From positions 640,001-704,000 of the forward strand of contig CAWHAE010000010.1 in NCBI GenBank assembly GCA_963827235.1: DNA of 64,000 nt, in the 5' to 3' direction. Below the pieces are notes generated by a model, which worked only from the letters and a program-made list of their open reading frames with translations, searched no databases and was not told the DNA's origin. The position numbers and the translations under genes are program-made. Positions 29,232-38,446 of this stretch are shown piece by piece. Every line of letters starts with the position of its first letter. Within the stretch, counting starts at the first letter, position 1. Source of the stretch: an uncultured bacterium (GTDB taxonomy: Bacteria; Chloroflexota; UBA5177; JANWHV01).

Positions 29232-30284
29232 TCATCCATTGAGAGCACTTGAGCGGTCAGCGATCGGCCAGACCGGCCGACCCTCGGGAACCAGAGACTC
29301 AGCTGGCTGCGCGCTCGGTCCGCGCTCGGCTTCAGACTCCCGCGGGCGGGCCAAGAGCCATGTGCCCTCGCCGGCGCTGAGCAGCAGCCCAACAAAAAGA
29401 CAAATCACACCGATATTAGAGAAGAGCGCCGCGGCCAGCAAGCTGACGATACGCAACTGGCCGGTCGTGCCGTACGAGCCCAATGCACGGGCCGCGAGGC
29501 ACATCGCCGCGACCAGGTTAAGGGCTCCCGGTACGCCGAAGAAGACGAGTGGATGTCTCTTGCTGAACAGGTGCAAAATTCCGTGCAGCACGTTGAGCCC
29601 GTGCGCAATCGGGTTGCGCTTGGCCGGCTCCTCATAGCAGACCGTGATCGGAACCTCCGCCACACGCAGCCCCAGCTCCCCTGCCTGAAACTGCAGCTCG
29701 GACATCACCGACCAGCTGCGGACTTCGAACACGATTCGCTGTATCGCCTGCGGTGAGAAGGCGCGAAACCCGCTCTGCGAGTCCGTCAGCCGTACGCCCG
29801 AGCTCATATTGGTTGCCACCGTCAGCGCGTGCTGGCCAAGCTTGCGAATGGTGGGTACGGGGCTGCGAAGACTGAGGAATCGCGATCCCACCGAGATATC
29901 TGCCTCTCCGGCCAGCACCGGCTCCAGCACAGTTTCGATCTCGGCGGCGTGGTGCTGCCCGTCACCATCGATCAGCACAAGCGCGGCAGCACCGAGATCA
30001 CGAGCCTCGCGGAAGGCGCTGTTGATGGCCTGACCGTAACCCCGGTTGCTACCGTGTCGAACCACGAGGGCGCCAGCTGCCCTGGCGATCTCCGCGGTAT
30101 CGTCGCTCGATCCGTCGTCGATCACCACGACTATGTCGACGTACCTTCCCACGCTGAGGACGACGCTGCCAATGAATCGCTCTTCATTGTAGGCCGGAAT
30201 CGCCGCCACAACCGGCCTCCTACTCAGGCCGGCCTGTGCAGCATCCGACTCCGTCGTGACATCGTGGACCGATAGAGTCGCCAT
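29232..30284 (-). CDS. Glycosyltransferase family 2, DPM1-like polyprenol-phosphate glycosyltransferase with two C-terminal TMs
   Basis: IPAYNEERFIGSVV, DDGSSD, IDGDGQH, VGSRF and TDSQSGFRAFS motifs. Confidence 0.93.
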   Translation of the reverse strand: MATLSVHDVTTESDAAQAGLSRRPVVAAIPAYNEERFIGSVVLSVGRYVDIVVVIDDGSSDDTAEIARAAGALVVRHGSNRGYGQAINSAFREARDLGAAALVLIDGDGQHHAAEIETVLEPVLAGEADISVGSRFLSLRSPVPTIRKLGQHALTVATNMSSGVRLTDSQSGFRAFSPQAIQRIVFEVRSWSVMSELQFQAGELGLRVAEVPITVCYEEPAKRNPIAHGLNVLHGILHLFSKRHPLVFFGVPGALNLVAAMCLAARALGSYGTTGQLRIVSLLAAALFSNIGVICLFVGLLLSAGEGTWLLARPRESEAERGPSAQPAESLVPEGRPVWPIADRSSALNG

Positions 30285-30395
30285 CGCCGACACCCCCGTC
30301 CTATGACCAACGCGTGGACCCAGCAGCCTCGGGTCCTGCACCCCTACCGCCGCTATGCACCAGGTCGGGCACCAATTGTGCATTTGAGCCGGCTT

Positions 30396-30495
30396 CACCG
30401 TAGCACAAAAGGAAAGAGATCGCAATGGTGGCATGCCATTATACCAGGGCCGTAAATGAATGCAATAGGATTGTTCAGCTATTGAAAGGCAGTAC
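30396..30495 (-). promoter_or_regulatory. Conserved tandem promoter/operator block, copy B
   Basis: Minus strand TTGCAT-16-TATAAT and TTGCGA-17-TACGGT, plus palindrome CAATAG-N10-CTATTG. Confidence 0.85.
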
Positions 30496-30569
30496 TTTCG
30501 GGTGGTGTTCCCAGCGCCTAATCGGCGCGGTTGTATACTGAGCGCAGCAATCCGGGGGGGAAACCGGCC

Positions 30570-32499
30570 ATGCCGCACCGCAAGAGACGACGATCGCGCT
30601 ACGTGTTGCTTCTCCTGTTCCTTGCTCTGCTGGCGGCGGCCGGCTACCTGGGCGTGCAGGCCCGCGACGTGTGGACGGACACCATGGCGGGCCGCACGGC
30701 GTTGAACCTGGGACTCGACTCGTTGCAGACGGACCGGATTACGCGGATCACGCAGCAGCAGGTCGACGTCGCGCGCGCCTCGTTCCGGCAGGCCTACTCC
30801 GACTTCAGTCGGGCGCGCGGCAAGCTCGATCCCTGGGGCGACCTGGCCGCCGACCACGGTTCCTTCCTGCCCGGGCCGGCGGCGCAGGCGCGCGGCGCGG
30901 CGCCGCTGCTCGACCTGGGCCGGACCACGGCGGCCATGGGCGAGACGCTCTGCGACGGGCTCGGCCCGCTGGTCGCCGTGCTCCACGACGCCCCATCCGG
31001 CGCGACCGCGACCGCCCCGGTTCTGCTCTCCGACCGCGGCCGGACGGCTTCGACGCTCGAGCGCCTCACGGCCAGCCTGGAGCAGGCACAGGGCTCGTTC
31101 GCTTCCGCCCAGGCGCTGCTGGCAAAGGCACGGGCGATCCGCGCTCGCCTGGCCGCGCTGCCGCCTGTCGACGGCACCGCCTCGCTGCTCGCCACCTTCG
31201 ACCGCGACGCCGGCAAGCTGGCCTCCGCCCTCACCTATGCCCGCGCCCTGCCGGGCATGCTCGGCGGCACACGGCCGCACTCCTACCTGTTCCTGTTCCA
31301 GGACACGGCCGACCTGCGGGCCACGGGCGGCTTCATCGGATCGGCCGCCGTGATCTCGGTCTCGCAGGGCCGGCTCACGGAGACGGACTACGAGAGCACC
31401 GGGCTCGGCGCCCCCAGCGGCGGCCTTGCCCTGCCCGAGAGCAAACCCATGGCGCCGCCGGCTCCCCTGCTCTACTACATGCACGGCTCGCACCTACAGC
31501 TCTGGGACGCCAACTTCTGGCCCGACTTCCCCACCTCCGCCGCCACGATCGAGCAAATCTTATGCCACGGCCACCGGGTCGCACCTGGACGGCGTGGTGG
31601 CGCTGAACCCGTCCACCATTTCCTACCTGCTGCAGGCCCTGGGACCGCTGCCCATCCCGGACTACCACGAGACGCTGACCGCCGCCAACGCGGTCGATCG
31701 GCTGGAGTACTACGTGCACAACCGCACGGGCGCGGCGAGCGACCCGAACCGCAAGCGCTTCCTGGTCGAGGTCGTGCACGCCGTGCTGCAGCGGCTGACC
31801 GCCATGCACGGAGACACGCCGGTCGCCGTGCTCGACGACCTGGTCTCGGCCCTGGACGATCGCAGTATGATGATCGCTGTGACCGACACGACCTTCGCCG
31901 GCGGGCTGCGGCAGGCACACTGGGACGGCGGTCTGAGGACGGATGCCGGCGATTACCTGGGCGTGTTCGACCAGAACGTGGGGGACAGCAAGCTGAATCC
32001 GTACGTGGACCAGGCCGTGACCTACGACGTGACGCGACAAGCGGACGGCAGTCTGGCCGTCCGGGTGACGATCGCCTACCGCGACCACGTCACGCATCCG
32101 GAAACCTGGATCGCCCGGCCCTACTACCAGGATTACCTGCGCATCGCCGTGCCGGGCGGCGTCACGGCGATCGACCAGTCCGGCTACGACGACACCTTCT
32201 GGCCGGACGAGCTGTCGCGCGGCCGCCACCTGATCGCGGGCGGCCTCACGGTGCCGGCCGGATCCAGCCGCGCGATCGCGGCAACCTACGTCGTGCCGGC
32301 CCGCGATTCCGGCGCGAGCGCCTACAGCCTGCTGGTGCAGAAGCAGTCGGGCAGCCGGCCATGGTCGCTGACCGTGCGCGTACACGACGCCGGCCGCACG
32401 TGGAGCGCGAGCCTCACGCTGCGGCACGACGTGCGGCTGTCCGTGCCCTGGAGCGCGCCCTCGGGCCCGCTGCGCGTGCAGAACGCCATGCCGGATTGA
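30570..32499 (+). pseudogene. DUF4012-domain membrane-anchored protein, frameshifted at ~31560
   Basis: YLFLFQDTADLRATGGFIGS and DANFWPDFPTSA in the first frame; YATATGSHLDGVVALNP, NVGDSKLN and YSLLVQKQSG in the second. One extra T in ATC-T-TAT. Confidence 0.88.
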
Positions 32500-32509
32500 T
32501 CGGCGCCTG

Positions 32510-34117
32510 ATGACACTCTTCCGCCTCCGGCCGCCCGACATCCACGGCACGCCGCCGCGAGACGCCGCCTCGAGCGGAAGCGCACCGGACGCGTCCGCGG
32601 CCCGCGCGGGAACCGTGACCAGGGTGAGCGCCGAAGATGCTCTCGGCCCCGCTTCGTCGCCTCCGGGTCCGCCCGAGCCGATCACACCGCAGAACGAGCG
32701 GCTGCGTCAGAGCCGGGCAGGCCGGCTCCTCGAGGCGGCCACCCGGCCGCGGCGCCGGGCGATCGCGGCACTGCCGGGCAAGACGCTGGCAGAGCGACCG
32801 GGCGAGGCCACGGCGACGATGCCGGCCAGGGCGATCCTGGCCCTGCCGGGCAGGACGCTGGCAGAGCGATCGGCCGAAACGGCGACGGCGAGCCCGGTCG
32901 GGGCGAGCACCGCCATGCCGGCTGAGATGCCGGCAGACCTGCCGGGCCACACGTTGACGGCCGGCCCGGCCGGATGGACCACAATCATGCCGGATAAGAC
33001 ATCGCGGGACCGCACCGACGAGACGGCGACGGGCAGCCCGGCCCGGGCGGTTGCCGCCGTGCCGGCCCGGAGCGTGGCCGTCTCGCCCGACAAGGCGGTG
33101 GCGGCGGCGCCGCTGACGCAGATCGCGGCAGCGGCGGTGGCGCCGGCGGCGCGCACCGCGCCGGCGGCAGGGAAGCCGATCGCGGCCTTGCCCGGCTGGT
33201 CGGCGGCGCCGCCGGGCGCGGGCGAACTCGACGAAGCCGGGGCCGCGAACGGCGTGGCCGTCGCCGCGGCAGGCGGGGCGGCGATCGCGGATGCCACCGC
33301 CGGGAGCGCCCGGATCGCGCGGGTCTTGCCCGGCCTGCCGAGCAGCGCGCGAGGCATGCTGATCCTGGCCGTCGCCGCGCTGCTCTGCGTGGCGGCGGCC
33401 GAGACCATGGTGGCCTACGGCGACCCGCGCATCGGCATCGGCATGCACATCGCCCTGCTCGCCCTCACCCTGGTCCTGGCCGCGCAGGCGGGCGACGCGC
33501 GCTGGCAGGGGTTCTTCATGGCCCTGGCCTTCGCGCCGATCATTCGCATCGCCAGCACGGGCATGCCGCTGCAGAACTTCGCGCAGCCCTACTGGTACGT
33601 GCTGACCAGCGTGCCGCTGTTCATCGCCGGCTACCTGGTGGCGCGGGAGTGCGGCCTGCGGCGCGCGGACATCTGCCTGCGACTGCCGGACCTGGGCAGC
33701 CTGCCCACGGACCTGGCAGTGGCGGCGGCTGGCGTGCCGCTGGGCTACGTCGAATGGCGAATCCTGCGGCCCGCACCCATGGTCGAGAGTCACTCCGTGG
33801 CCTGGCTGGTGGCAGGCGCCCTGATCCTGCTGATCTGCACGGGCCTGGTGGAGGAGCTGCTGTTCCGCGGCGTGCTGCAATTCGTGGCCATCCGGCTGTT
33901 CGGCGTGCGCGGCGGCGTGCTCTTCTCGGCGGGCCTGTTCGCCACGCTGCACATTGGCCACCTCTCGGTCCTTGACGACGTCTTCGTGCTCGGCGTGGGT
34001 CTGCAGTTCAGCCTGGCGGTGCGCTACAGCCGATCGCTGCTCGGCGTGACCCTGGCCCACGGCCTGATCAACGTCATGCTGTTCATGGTCCTGCCCCTGG
34101 GCCTTCTGCCGACCTGA
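32510..34117 (+). CDS. CPBP-family intramembrane glutamic protease with a long Ala/Pro/Thr-rich N-terminal extension
   Basis: GLVEELLFRGVLQ, FATLHIG and LAHGLIN motifs. Confidence 0.92.
   Translation: MTLFRLRPPDIHGTPPRDAASSGSAPDASAARAGTVTRVSAEDALGPASSPPGPPEPITPQNERLRQSRAGRLLEAATRPRRRAIAALPGKTLAERPGEATATMPARAILALPGRTLAERSAETATASPVGASTAMPAEMPADLPGHTLTAGPAGWTTIMPDKTSRDRTDETATGSPARAVAAVPARSVAVSPDKAVAAAPLTQIAAAAVAPAARTAPAAGKPIAALPGWSAAPPGAGELDEAGAANGVAVAAAGGAAIADATAGSARIARVLPGLPSSARGMLILAVAALLCVAAAETMVAYGDPRIGIGMHIALLALTLVLAAQAGDARWQGFFMALAFAPIIRIASTGMPLQNFAQPYWYVLTSVPLFIAGYLVARECGLRRADICLRLPDLGSLPTDLAVAAAGVPLGYVEWRILRPAPMVESHSVAWLVAGALILLICTGLVEELLFRGVLQFVAIRLFGVRGGVLFSAGLFATLHIGHLSVLDDVFVLGVGLQFSLAVRYSRSLLGVTLAHGLINVMLFMVLPLGLLPT
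32755..32900 (+). repeat. 72-bp (24-aa) coding tandem repeat in the CPBP N-terminus
   Basis: RAIAALPGKTLAERPGEATATMPA / RAILALPGRTLAERSAETATASPV. Confidence 0.8.
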
Positions 34118-34186
34118 AGGCAGCGCTTGCTTGACGAGACGAATGGGACTATAGTAATGGCGGGAAAGTACTAGAGGAAACCCGCA

Positions 34187-34912
34187 GTGAGGGGTCGTGG
34201 AATGATGGCTACGATCGCGAGCGTGCCTCGCAAGGCCGTGGTGTCGATTGTCGCGGTAGTATCGCTCCTCGGATCGCTTGGAGCGATCGCTCCGAGCGCC
34301 TCGCAGGCCGCTCACGCTTCGACGATCGTCGCGGCCAGCAGCGCCGGCGCCCACGGCGTGGACGGCTCCGGCGGCGGCAAGTCCGGCGGCGGCGATGGTA
34401 AAGGCAACCAGGGCGGCGGCAAATGCGATTCCCACGACAAGAACGGATGCAACCCGGGCGGGGGCGGCGGTGGCGGCGGGTGCGATCCGCGCGACTCGAC
34501 GCAGCCGTGCCATCCGGGTGGCGGCGGCGGGAAGCTGCCCATTCCGACGTGCCCCGGGCGCAGCGCGCACGACCCCGATCGCGACCATTGCTGGCTCCCC
34601 GTGCAGTTCCCGGACCCGGGCAAAGACAATAATCATGGCTTGGGCTTCGACGTACCCGTCTCCCGCGACGGCAAGGGCATCGGGCAGAACTGCTCGCTGT
34701 CGGTGACCGTGGCGCCCAACGGCCAGTTCGCGCTCAACGTCAATACGCCGGACGGCAAGCCGGTCGCCTCCTACTCGCCGCCGATCACGGCGTCGCCGCC
34801 GGCCGGCCTGGCGCACCCGGTGCTGCAGGAGCTGACCAAGAACGGCTTCGCCACGGTGAGCGGCAACCAGATCGGCCATCCGGGCGTGTTCGTGTGGGTA
34901 GCGGGCAGGTAG
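34187..34912 (+). CDS. Secreted Gly/Cys-rich protein
   Basis: Signal peptide ending ...ASQAAHA; Gly linkers separate Cys pairs; promoter TTGCTT-17-TATAGT at ~34127-34155. Confidence 0.8.
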   Translation: MRGRGMMATIASVPRKAVVSIVAVVSLLGSLGAIAPSASQAAHASTIVAASSAGAHGVDGSGGGKSGGGDGKGNQGGGKCDSHDKNGCNPGGGGGGGGCDPRDSTQPCHPGGGGGKLPIPTCPGRSAHDPDRDHCWLPVQFPDPGKDNNHGLGFDVPVSRDGKGIGQNCSLSVTVAPNGQFALNVNTPDGKPVASYSPPITASPPAGLAHPVLQELTKNGFATVSGNQIGHPGVFVWVAGR

Positions 34913-35009
34913 TGACGGTAGCCGTGCGCGGTGACCGCCGCGCACTCTACGGGTGGTGAAGCGCGTGAGAGCGGCGCGAGCGAACCGCGTGGAGTAGCAG
35001 CTGTCCACC

Positions 35010-38000
35010 ATGAACCCTCGAACGAACGCCGTCGCGGCACTGGTTGCCGCGGCGGCGTTCGCCGTCTACGAGGCAACGTCCAGCCACGGAGTATCCTGGG
35101 CCCTGGGCGTGTCGGACAGCGGCGAGCTGGCGGCGGCGGCGCACGTGCTCGGCGTGCCGCACCCCACGGGCTATCCGCTCTACATGCTGCTGGGCTGGCT
35201 GGTGAGCAACGCGCCGCTGGGCGCCGACCCGGCATCCAGGCTCACGGCGCTCTCGGCGATCTGCGGCGCGCTGGCCTGCGGCCTGGCCTGCCTGCTGGTC
35301 GCCGCCCTGGCGTCCGGTGACGACCACTCCGGGCTCCCGCCTCCGGTCCGGCGCGCACGGGCACCACGGCCAACCGGGCCGGCCACCGGCTCCGATCGGC
35401 CGGAGTGGACACTCCTCGTGGGGCCGCTGTGCGGCGGCGCGGCCTGCGCGGGACTCTCGTCGCTGTGGCGCCAGTCCACGGCGCCGGAGACGCGGCCCCT
35501 GGCGATGTGCCTGGTGCTGGGCGCCCTGCTCCTGCTCCTGCAGGCCTGCCGCCGCCGCGACCGCGGTCTGCTGATCTGGTCCTGGGCCGTCTGGGGCTTC
35601 GCGCTGGCCGACCACCTGCTCTGCCTGGCCCTGCTGCCGGCGCTGGCGATCGGCACGGTGGTGCTGTCGCTCGATCGCGGCAGCGCAACGGATGCAGCCG
35701 CGCCGCCGATCCCGTCGCCGGACGCGGATCACGGACTCGAGGAGCCCGCCCCGGCGCCGGGCATCACCATGGACGGCCCGCAAGCTCCGGCCGCCGGCAG
35801 CCTTCCCACCACGCCACACCCGCGACCCACCGCGGCGGGTACCCCGGCCGGCCCGGACCCTGCCATGCTGCCGCCGCTGGAGGCCGCTGTTCCCGCAGCC
35901 GGCCCGGACCCTGCCATCCTGCGACCGCAGTCGGACCTCGCGCTGCCATGCGACCGCAGTCGCAGGTTCGCCCTGTGCGCGCCGCTCGCGATTCTCCCCG
36001 GCCTCTGTCTCTATGCCTACCTGCCGCTGCGCGCCGGCGCGCACCCGTCGCTCGACTGGGGCGATCCGGAGACGCCCGGCCGCTTCCTCGACACGATCAC
36101 GGGATCGCAGTACAGCGACCTGATGGGCGTCCCGATGCCGGATCTGGGCGCGCGGCTGATCGACCGACTGGGCGACATGGGTTCGGTGCTGGGCGCTCCC
36201 CTGGCGGCGGCCGCGCTGCTGGGAGCCCTGCTGCTGGCGTGGCGATCGCGGACGGCGGCGGCGCTGCTGGCGGCGGTATGGCTCACCGCCCTGCTGCAGT
36301 CGTCGCTCTACGCCGCCGGATCGGCGCCGGTGTACCTGCTGCCCGCCGAGGTGGTGGCCTGTCTGTGCGCCGGCTACGCGGCCGGCTGCCTGCCGCCGCT
36401 GCTTCGCGGCCGGGCGGCGCGCATCGCCGGCGTGGCCCTGCTTGCCGGGCTGGCGGCGCTCACGGCGGCGCACGACGTCTCGGATGTGCAATCCCTGCAG
36501 GCCGGCGTCCACGACCAGGACGTGACGGCGTTCGCGCGCGCCGCGCTCACCGGGCTGCCCGACCGCTCGCTGGTCGTGGTGTCGGGCGACGAGGACACCT
36601 TCGCGCTGTGGTACGCGCAGTTCGGCCTCGGTCTGCGCGCCGACGTGGCGGTGGTGAACGTGGATCTGCTGGCCTGGCACTGGTACCGGGACGATCTCCG
36701 GCACGGCTACCCGTGGCTGCAGTGGGGTCCGCCGTGGCAGCCGGACGGCGCGGCCGACGAGGTCACGCGCTCCACGGATCGCGAGGACGCGCTCGTGCGG
36801 GCCATGGCCGGCTACCGGCCGATCTACTTCACCAGCCTGATGGACATACCGGTGCAGATCTGCGCCCCGCACGGGATCGCCAACCTCTTCCAGTGCGTGC
36901 CGGAGGCGGGCCAGTTCGTGCCCACGGCCACGGCGAGCATGCCGGCGCCCGGGCGGCCGCGAGGCCGGGTGCGGATCGCCATCCAGCCGATCGCCAAGGT
37001 AATCGGCGATGCGTCCCAGGCGCCGGCGGGCGTGCTGCGGCAGAACGGCGGGCTGGACAACGTGACCGGCGCGGACCTCGGCTATCCGGCGCTCTACCGG
37101 GGCCGCTGGTACCTGGCCTTCGGCGACACGGCCTACGACGCGGGCAAGGTGGGCCAGTTCCCCTTCTTTCCCAATATCGACGCCCCGTCCAACTTCGTGG
37201 TCGCCACCTCGGCGTCCTCCGACCTGGATGGCGGGCTGCCGTTCAGCGGCTATCTCAACACGCGGCCGGCATACATGTCCAAAGCCTCGGCGCCCTTCCG
37301 GGCCATCGCGGGGCACGCCGACCAGTACACGCTGCCCGGGGGACTCTACACCGTGCGCTACCGCGGCCGGGAGACGCTGATCGCCCAGTACATGCTGGAT
37401 GGGAACGCGGGCGGCGACCTGCACTGGGCGGAGCGGTCGACCATCGCCGTGTTCGATCCGGCGGACGGCATGTTCCACGACTGGAAGGCGGCCGTCTACG
37501 ACTGGCACGCGGCGGCGGGCAGCCACTCGCAGTACGACTTCGGCAACAGCGTGTTCTGGGAGGACGGCGCGGAGCGCTACCTCTACATGGTCGGCGCCGG
37601 CACGGACCGCTTCGGCGGCGCCAAGATCGCGCGCATCCCCGTGGCATCCTTCCTCGACCCGAGGGACCACGCGGGCTGGTCGTACTGGCTGGGAGGGTCG
37701 TGGTCGGCTCCCACCGTGGACGAAGGCGCGATCGCACGGTCGGTGGCCTGGCTGATCCCGCCGCGCGACCCGGCGTGGTCGCCGGGCAAGAGCTACGCCA
37801 ACGACCCGCACCGGTGCGCGGACATGGGCATCGGCGAGTTCAGCCTGGTGTGGAATGCCTACCTCGGGCGCTTCCTGCTGTTGACCGGCACGGGCAGCTG
37901 CGGGTCGAGCGACCTCCGCATCTACCAGGCGGCGTCGCCGGCCGGACCGTGGACGGCATCGCCGGCGCAGATACTCGCTGCCGGCGATGCCGGGCAGGGA

Positions 38001-38136
38001 GGGGCGGGCCGGCGGCCTGTACGCCCCCTACAGCACGGACGAGATGGAGGCGAACGGCGGGCAGACGATCTACTTCCTCCTGTCGACGTACGGCGGCTAC
38101 GGCGTCTACCTGTACAAGGCCACGCTCTCGGCGTAG
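35010..38136 (+). CDS. DUF2723 (TMEM260-like GT-C) fused to a DUF4185-like propeller; frameshift near 37975
   Basis: DSGELAAAAHVLGVPHPTGYPLY, YAYLPLRA...DWGDP and GDEDTFALWY; then GADLG...FGDT. The conserved-looking end GLYAPY...IYFLLSTYGGYGVYLYKATLSA* lies in another frame and ends at 38136. Confidence 0.85.
35817..35936 (-). repeat. Family B repeat copies embedded in frame within the DUF2723 gene
   Basis: 35817-35884 is the reverse complement of 6871-6938 at 61/68 nt; a second partial copy lies at 35898-35936. Confidence 0.9.
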
Positions 38137-38166
38137 CGGGAGGGGCGAGCGACCTGCCTGAAATTG

Positions 38167-38270
38167 GCCTCCATCGGCGGAAGGATGGCAGCGCACGGGG
38201 CGACCGCGGTCGCGGAGAGACGTACCTCCATCTGCGGAAGGATGGCAGCGCACGGGGCGACTGCGGTCGG
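38167..38270. repeat. 57-bp tandem repeat (2 copies) of family B
   Basis: CCTCCATC(G/T)GCGGAAGGATGGCAGCGCACGGGGCGAC(C/T)GCGGTCG at 38168 and 38225. Confidence 0.9.
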
Positions 38271-38446
38271 GGATGAGGCCGGGAGGCCTCGATATATCTG
38301 CTATTTATGCTCTGCTATACTGGGTCTAGCACCATGGTGGACCGCTCGATTGGTGCAGTTTGCCGCGGCAGGACTGAGCAAGATGCCGCTCATGATCGTG
38401 CGCGGTAGACGGAGGCGACGAGTCGAAGTAGCGGTGAGTCAGGAGG

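Noticed and set aside
30554-30560. G7 tract upstream of DUF4012 as a phase-variation switch
   Set aside because: It is short and sits at the RBS position; similar G6-G7 runs precede other starts (27685, 45487). The actual frameshift is not in a homopolymer.
30285-31493. N-terminal 400 aa of the 753-aa ORF 29232-31493
   Set aside because: This is antisense read-through of the DUF4012 gene across the promoter block; the GT2 domain starts at ~30284.
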